Shown here in pieces: positions 62,501 to 64,000 of a stretch of DNA of 64,000 nt. Source of the DNA: an uncultured candidatus Porisulfidus sp. (GTDB lineage Bacteria; Pseudomonadota; Gammaproteobacteria; Poriferisulfidales; Oxydemutatoraceae); the NCBI GenBank assembly GCA_965199685.1, contig OZ241323.1, forward strand, positions 297,614 through 361,613, read 5' to 3'. Made by a program: the position numbers and the translations under genes. The notes under the pieces are model-generated. The model saw only the letters and a list, made by a program, of their open reading frames with translations, was not told where the DNA came from and ran no database searches. Positions within the stretch are counted from its first letter, which is position 1; the number at the start of each line of letters is the position of its first letter.

Positions 62501-64000
62501 TTATCTTGATGACAGTCAAACACCAATATACACTGGGGTTGAAAGCGGTGAACCTAGCGGTGTTATCAGTCTGGTTGTCGGAGATACTACTGAAGTGGTC
62601 ATTGAAGTTAACGGCACCTACACGGTGCGTTATACCCTGTATCTGGATTATACGCAAAAAGCACCAATAGATGCAGACCACGATGGTCTGGTTGATATTA
62701 ATTATTTAGAAGACATTGCGATGTTGATTTTCAATTTCAGACGAGACGGTACACCGGCAGGCACTGAGATAGGCCATAGGTCAACACGCGATGGTGCATT
62801 GAATACACAGGGCTGTCCGATTGGGGTATGTCGTGGCTACGAAATGATGAGAGATTTGGATTTCAACGATGGGACAAGCTATCGATGGCCTATTGATAAC
62901 CCAAATCGACCCAATTTCCTTCTTTTGCATTGGACAGGACGAGGCTGGGATGCGCTCGGCATAGACAATGCGGTGTTTGACGGCAATGGTTATACGATAT
63001 CGGGTCTCATGGTTACTGGTCATACGAGAAATTCATTTTCTGTCGGTGATACCTATAATCATCCCGACCTTCCGAACCACTCGTTCTTCCACATAGTTAA
63101 TAACTCCTCTGTAAACCGCTTGGGTTTATTGAGTGTGGACATTAGCGGTAGCGATGTTGCTGGGCTTGCCTCCCGTTGTTTGGGTGATTGTAAGCTGAGT
63201 AATAGCTATGTCATCGGACGCATCAAAGCAAGTCAATCTGCATTCGGTCTAGTCAATCGTTTGCAAGGCAGTATAACAAATAGTTACTTTATCGGGACGC
63301 TGAATGTGACAGATAATGAAGGCGTTGCTGGTGGATTGGTCGGAGTTGCTGGTTCTGGCTCAGTGCTTAAAAATAGTCGTGTAATAGGAAGGATTACCGC
63401 TTTGTCCGACGCAGAGATCGCAATGATGGCACATTCATTTGGTGCCACATCAGGTTTAGACCTCAGCAACAGTTTTGCTGAGTTGCAGGCAACGAGAGCC
63501 GGTGTGTCGCAAGGAGGTTTGGTGTCTGGTAGCCACAGTACCATAACAGCCAGTTATTTTGATAGCGACATTGCATTAGTCGCCTCGCCGGTTGGACAAG
63601 CTCAAAGTACCGCCAAATTGCAAGCAACGACGATGACCGGTATTTTTGCCGATTGGGATGCCGGCGATTGGGATTTCGGCACCAATCGTGAGTATCCGGC
63701 GATCAAATATAACTCGCAAGCATGTCAGAGTGGCTCTTCGGATAGCCTTTGCAACACCGTACTCCCGTATCAAGGCGGCTTGCTCAGGGACTTCAAGCTG
63801 GATGAGGATGTCATGGCAGGTATCAGTACACCGTTTGATGCTGTGATATTTGACTACGCTATCAACGTCAGTTCTGAGCAGCGGAGCTTGCCGTTCATAG
63901 CCGAAGCAATCAATTCCAGTGCTACAATCGTAGTCTACAGAAATGATGTTGAGATTGGCAGGGCAACGAATGGTGTAATAACATCATCGTTGGCATTAGG
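47592..64000 (+). CDS. Giant secreted GLUG-repeat/cadherin-like modular surface protein (at least 5469 aa, 3'-truncated by the window edge)
   Basis: ATG 47592, MKKVHVFLWLITASLVLLAGQVFA signal peptide; same frame gives coherent protein at every point translated, through to the window end; track lists no ORF closing in this frame; nine LEDL..IR...DLDFND...GW.PIG...F.GNG..ISNL modules with VGGLVG repeats. Confidence 0.93.
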   Translation, partial: MKKVHVFLWLITASLVLLAGQVFAQQNDLTRARIIADQPRIIEGDMARFTVFLEGFASTEYTTPRPLPTTRSVVKIRVSDMPGGDFIPPIYEAMEHTVTFNNVSSTRTSLSLPFTVPTIDNNQLDTALGIRVAIIPSLDAYTLSIMHDVVLAVSNDDPRVSIDAPTEVIKGQPIEYAIEINGVVGRNTSVTLEIAESTEIEGKDFIDLRQEGFKTVVISAGSTRITQTIPTNRVDFGDTSVFGRVDLSIASAMGGQIYYLGTPTTASVAIVEPNCDYTFDVDEDDDGLIEICYLEDLDDIRHSLDGRGQRTGRVAPLLTGGCDEDGDDGGVCRGYELKRSLNFNDPNSYRSGIINREWTEGLGWQPIGTSSDAFSGYFEGNNLTISNLYINRPLNNVALFRNTAMSAKINAMELAQVSVTGKSQVGSLVAVNEGIVGNINVARGRVVGTVGVVGGLVGVNRGAVVNNTIQLDVVNGGIVERRCRNDLRSIRCAEADKIEAVVQDGNIVGGLIGDNDGDVADNFTFSDTLGASQVGGLVGFNSGRILGGNETRGNLRGDVYAGGLVGYTTGSILGSRADVDVIVSSDYAGGLVGYACLRNTGSRRCPLPEVAIDLGMQIRIADSSASGNVIGGDYVGGLVGYSRMVIANSSASGDVSGVSYIGGLVGYSTAVVTDGMVDGAVISGTNRVGGLVGFYTGSGINNGVTTNIMVGGDRSIGGLVGLLGDTVAGVIVSSSASGRVSGNANVGGLVGHSIGSRVTGSTATVSVAATGSNAEHVGGLVGIIENSEITASHSGSSVIGEATKAGGLVGFSDSSMLSNNSASGNVAGAYEVGGLVGSAEDTELNDSDVSGNVRGTAYNVGGLVGSAEGNTVIERNSASGNVIGTYNIGGLVGSAEDTELNDSDASGNVRGTAYNVGGLVGYLYQSNLSLCYATGSVIGDNSTDPDIDNNVDGVGGLVGRADNSMIRKSYAMNRQVSGVDKIGGLIGIKSGGQVSVCYARSPVQGVNRVGGLIGENNGNVSITYAVGQVSASGSDVGGLIGYNHASRAGIFISNSQVADSYWDTSATGIGSSDGGIGFADLQAATAPGATDLDVFFQWRSADWEFGSSTEYPLIRDFFDRVAASIRISSIAVNGFTLVPNFDAEIRNYYVVVGSTPTNISLNIAASDSDAEFVVSKVGGGVNAIRITGSNNNIPISLNVAPTPTELIVSRNYRVRIIRSLNANVTVDARDKQVSEGEILDLNVANNTADIVPLSYTWRQTTRNLLLMDGLYEGITVDQPNFRIRIPGDIVPQAQTAAELTLSVTISDNFGNTGVASEEVAIIKQNNGTAVLAPPTFIGDTSILRSNDAVAIATDPDGEVASDADKGLVYQWQYNESDQADRWIDIHGANDAMFDIGAHDVIHARYRLQISYLDKQGYENDLTSEATMPMADKDRDGLIDIYHLEDLNNLRHQLDGNAYRAEADQPSINGGCPNTCFGYELTGDLDFNDNESYRNPTVNKAKWTVSDFNMSNMTGWQPIVGAFTGTFEGNGYTLRNLQINSTSTKVALFEMLSGDSATIQNLGIEDANIVHSGDAGTVSGILVADMSDNALIINSYAVGKMRSRASNSGGLVGQMLNSRVINSYAMVDVTASGANRRVGALVGALSSGSQITNSYAAGSVVHTADTIGESHSFVGGLLGSIQDSVVSNSYAVAEVIGNTTSSMIGGLIGSVRSSTVESSYWNIEIVRQPSSTKGGIGKQTNEMKQGIAQLSDTDGVYFGWNPERWDFGTASEYPVLKYTTHPNANGQPTCDAPSVPECGAIISSAFREGLRDLIAIGGTLSPPFIGGDYSGEILAPLPAAIRLIPIAFENDAVINIYDANGILLQSGLASGEPSMGFAFRSHGSVRRLVIEVQGSKTVRRSITLTATINVIPDTRECSELSAYTEINYLEDLDEIRNNVSDRYCLMRDLDFNDPRSYRSGTVNDAWTLRGSGATGWIPIGTNVDGQCDNPASRCFSGVFDGNGFVISNLRINRAGSRNQGLFGHIFHSGEVDSMYTEGSGVVRDLGLSDVSVRGRSNVGALAGVNGGTIIGSYATGRVEGGLSNIGGLVGRGALSGSSNTSWIINSYAAVNVVGTNINAIGGLIGFTNREHDNIINSYATGDVDGVASLGGLIGVHLEGRISNSYATGNVTGFNQWVGGFVGDSGAPAIISNSYATGSVAGANRVGGFAGEAIGVAEISYSYATGSVSGSGANVGGLIGSGDSNTVRASYWDSDTSGLNISAAGSSQTTVELQSPTEDAGIYSQWSETNWDFGTSKQYPRLKYAQNSVGNACDGAGLPVCGSPISPKRRFDIKEFRLSRGEIIPPLILDGRINYRGSKIIGVDPGETIRLIVRSDDAAARFRVFRVVGSDETQAGVEFSADGSSREMTLSAGVNHIVVETTFSDPSLKKRRYHFYLDYPAQITEIDYLEDLDAIRNNLSRNYRLTRDLDFLDDASYRTISNKDRWTADFGDTRDSGWSAIGDATTPFTGLFDGNGFVISNLQIKRTTNGQGLFEEIGGAGIVRELGLVNVKIQSERNLGALVSINRGTVIGSYATGTIEGIGNVGGLVGLHYTGSIINSHAAVDIVGRGIDGSTAESAAGGLVGMVNHYGPFFPKIINSYATGTVMGRNNSGGLVGAHLAGQIFNGYATGDVFAIPGIGNRRIGGFVGFKGANAEISDSYATGSVVGGNASGIGGFAGNASGGGEISNSYSIGNVSGSGTNLGGLIGIGASNTARGSYWNSDTGGITVSAAGTSTNTVALQSPTDASGIYSGWSEDSWYFGTNSEYPILRYAMGPNGDACDTEVTPACGSLISPHQRYGLSDLELIGANLVPAFDPDFPRHSGTTSDTGIVRLIPTTRGADGIVRIYLGDDRTQPISTLISGESSDSIVLVHGSNRIVIEVDPSISGISAFGYTLNLYRPLPSTTSINYLEDLDAIRYDLNGKYRLTRNLNFNDDASYRNPIANKDEWTVNDFNDQNDTGWMPIGDQNNPFTGTLDGDGYTISNLQINRGATAKRGTVNYQGLFGVIANRGVVGSLGLHNIEIKNQIIETEIWGGGLTAANRGTIIDSFVRGKISVSADSTFAYISGLLVGFNYGTIVGSYAVGEISGSIYISGLVGYNDSGLIANSYAAVDITSSEHSGGLVGFNFRGNIINSHAVGTISAEHILGGLVGTFRGNILNSYANVNITSNSDANIGLVGGFVGQNNPNSSIINSYATGSILGIGGGVPNVGGFIGELRGREKISYSYAIGRVENPENISSTGGFAGKQTNATVIDSYWNIETSGQTRGVRGTSRTTAQLQAGIAQTTDSSVAYYNWSETNWDFGNATQYPILKYAQNPDSQGRRICDAAGLPNCGDLIAPQIRYGLKDLVLASGKLMPSFNDKTRANADSYFGTARVAEGETIRLIPIAFDADATIKVYLADDAGRTQLGEVLGSGDISVPVSLKQNTINHLVVEINPSIVGEPTVEYPLYLRYQPQPIVSIASLEDLDAIRNQLDGIYSLAGNLDFLNDASYDDVATNKAVWTVDDFSDRRDKGWLPIGDRDNPFTGTFYGNGFVISNLQINRDSADDQGLFGHLGRTSLLRELGLIGVKIAGKTGVGALTGVNRGTIINSDALGEVTATDGMVGGLVGNHLEGWIANSHAVVHVTGENGVGGLVGRSDATIVNSYAIAEVSAERMLGGFVGVHREGVISNSYADGNVSTSVVNDNNNNTLESVGGFAGIKHANAEIENSYATASVIANGAVNSGGLVGKTFAADKISYSYAVGNVSGGGASQGGLVGEGSGTVRDSYWDIETSGQTTSAVGTSKTTVALQSPTSATGIYIQWSEDNWDFGNSMQYPTLKYGQNPDGSGLRTCGSDNLPSCGSLIAPQLRSGFIRDLILINGELSPPFEAGYGSYSGTVLSLSDTIRLRPITMDSAAEIRIYVIDGNGRTQLGNTLSSGDISARIPLQRDTINYVVLAIKPTDGPTVEYPLYLQYRFGMHIDSLEDLNAVRDHPDADYILTRDLDFEDDASYDSVAFRATWTVSNYRDAADLGWQPIGNAVNNDCGDAESSCFTGTFDGNGHTISNLQINNRDLRTHKGLFGVVGTTGVIRNLGLLDIEIVDRNVINIEDFNDVNNQNSVGGLVGKNSGTVIGSYAHGEIRSGMGTAPGFSIGIVGGLVGWNTEDGAIYNSHAVCTIEIWKNLAGGLVGLHQGEIGNSYVAGVISRSSLTGGLIGRTQGQASVYNSYADNFVSGSGSVGGLVGSNLSGVYKNIYSTAWVLAGDRQSTGGIGGFNTGTQFTNIYSISRVDRGGSMLGGFSSIGVLENSYANSDISSLPLVANLVLNEPTPEIKNSFAFTTAELQSGRAQSRSASDVYYDWSDDDWDFGDVTQYPVLRYVQSTGTGVMRACDGDGLPVCGNVIPRQALSELRTSEDKGQFASPFVFDPRYRSHTGVIENLTPVTQLVAVSANPNAQITFIYFDERQEERGRSRRMIGRATSAEIELNANDATYVAVEVITPGGEGDPGGVDWYHLSLSYQFTGEEDDVAEVNTLDDLDAIREAPNLNYRLTRHLDFNDPNSYATGEINRAWTVEDFGDIGDLGWTPIGTQQAPFTGTFDGEGYVISNLRINTTATSQGLFGSIGNGGIVRNLGLSGAKIEGGNNVGILVGEHLGTINNSHTTGTVSALGNVGGLAGYSIGGGIIINSHTNVEVSVTGRNAGGMVGSCDGCIIQNSFAVGSVAGVGNDADVIGGFVGRAENRFNFSNNYAWSNVSGGDTQNGSGNGGFIALPIFNGQILNANYSTGMTDGGFYGRVPQFNADPRIEVPSYWNTDTDGTGTPQALRANVVGITERQMQLAPPELRGPADIYYLWSPADWDFGNDSQYPILKYGAGPDNDACDTADTPKCGALIEPQIREDVRYGLRSLVARHAQLNPPFDVSVQQTRPYFGAVENDVAELELVATAMEATATYSVYLDDSQTPIYTGVESGEPSGVISLVVGDTTEVVIEVNGTYTVRYTLYLDYTQKAPIDADHDGLVDINYLEDIAMLIFNFRRDGTPAGTEIGHRSTRDGALNTQGCPIGVCRGYEMMRDLDFNDGTSYRWPIDNPNRPNFLLLHWTGRGWDALGIDNAVFDGNGYTISGLMVTGHTRNSFSVGDTYNHPDLPNHSFFHIVNNSSVNRLGLLSVDISGSDVAGLASRCLGDCKLSNSYVIGRIKASQSAFGLVNRLQGSITNSYFIGTLNVTDNEGVAGGLVGVAGSGSVLKNSRVIGRITALSDAEIAMMAHSFGATSGLDLSNSFAELQATRAGVSQGGLVSGSHSTITASYFDSDIALVASPVGQAQSTAKLQATTMTGIFADWDAGDWDFGTNREYPAIKYNSQACQSGSSDSLCNTVLPYQGGLLRDFKLDEDVMAGISTPFDAVIFDYAINVSSEQRSLPFIAEAINSSATIVVYRNDVEIGRATNGVITSSLAL
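50048..50353 (+). repeat. Internal duplication with 168-bp period in the giant ORF
   Basis: 50048-50185 closely matches 50216-50353 (SAEDTELNDSD.SGNVRGTAYNVGGLVG occurs twice). Confidence 0.9.

Noticed and set aside
47790-63846. The many short ORFs listed by the track across 47.8-63.8 kb
   Set aside because: They are antisense or off-frame shadows of the single giant ORF; none has recognisable motifs.

Overview
Bacterial chromosome segment, proteobacterial and most like Gammaproteobacteria from gene content and order. Positions 1-47.3 kb are rearranged core genes: rpoB(partial)-rpoC-LMW-PTP-hisC-tyrA-aroA-cmk-rpsA-ihfB-lapB-comEA; cfa; an incomplete Liv-type ABC pair; grxD-ppa-mrdA-rodA-mltB-rlpA-dac-D-amino acid aminotransferase; tmRNA; rsmA-apaG-apaH; RND pump-xth-ampG; yajL and ctpA; a 1-kb AT-rich spacer with a DnaA-box cluster; nrdAB; dksA with a histone-H1-like repeat tail; rmuC, psd, rhomboid, hydrolase and a CPA2 antiporter. 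The last 16.4 kb is one uninterrupted ORF that the ORF track missed because it has no stop in the window (47592..>64000, at least 5469 aa). It encodes a secreted giant protein of at least nine GLUG-repeat plus cadherin-like modules. Intergenic DNA holds several small palindromic repeat families (GTAG-REPs and a MITE-like element with conserved pairing but changed sequence) and a CsrA-type multi-GGA hairpin leader. No transposase, integrase, CRISPR, rRNA or tRNA gene was seen. All calls come from reading motifs by eye; no searches were run.
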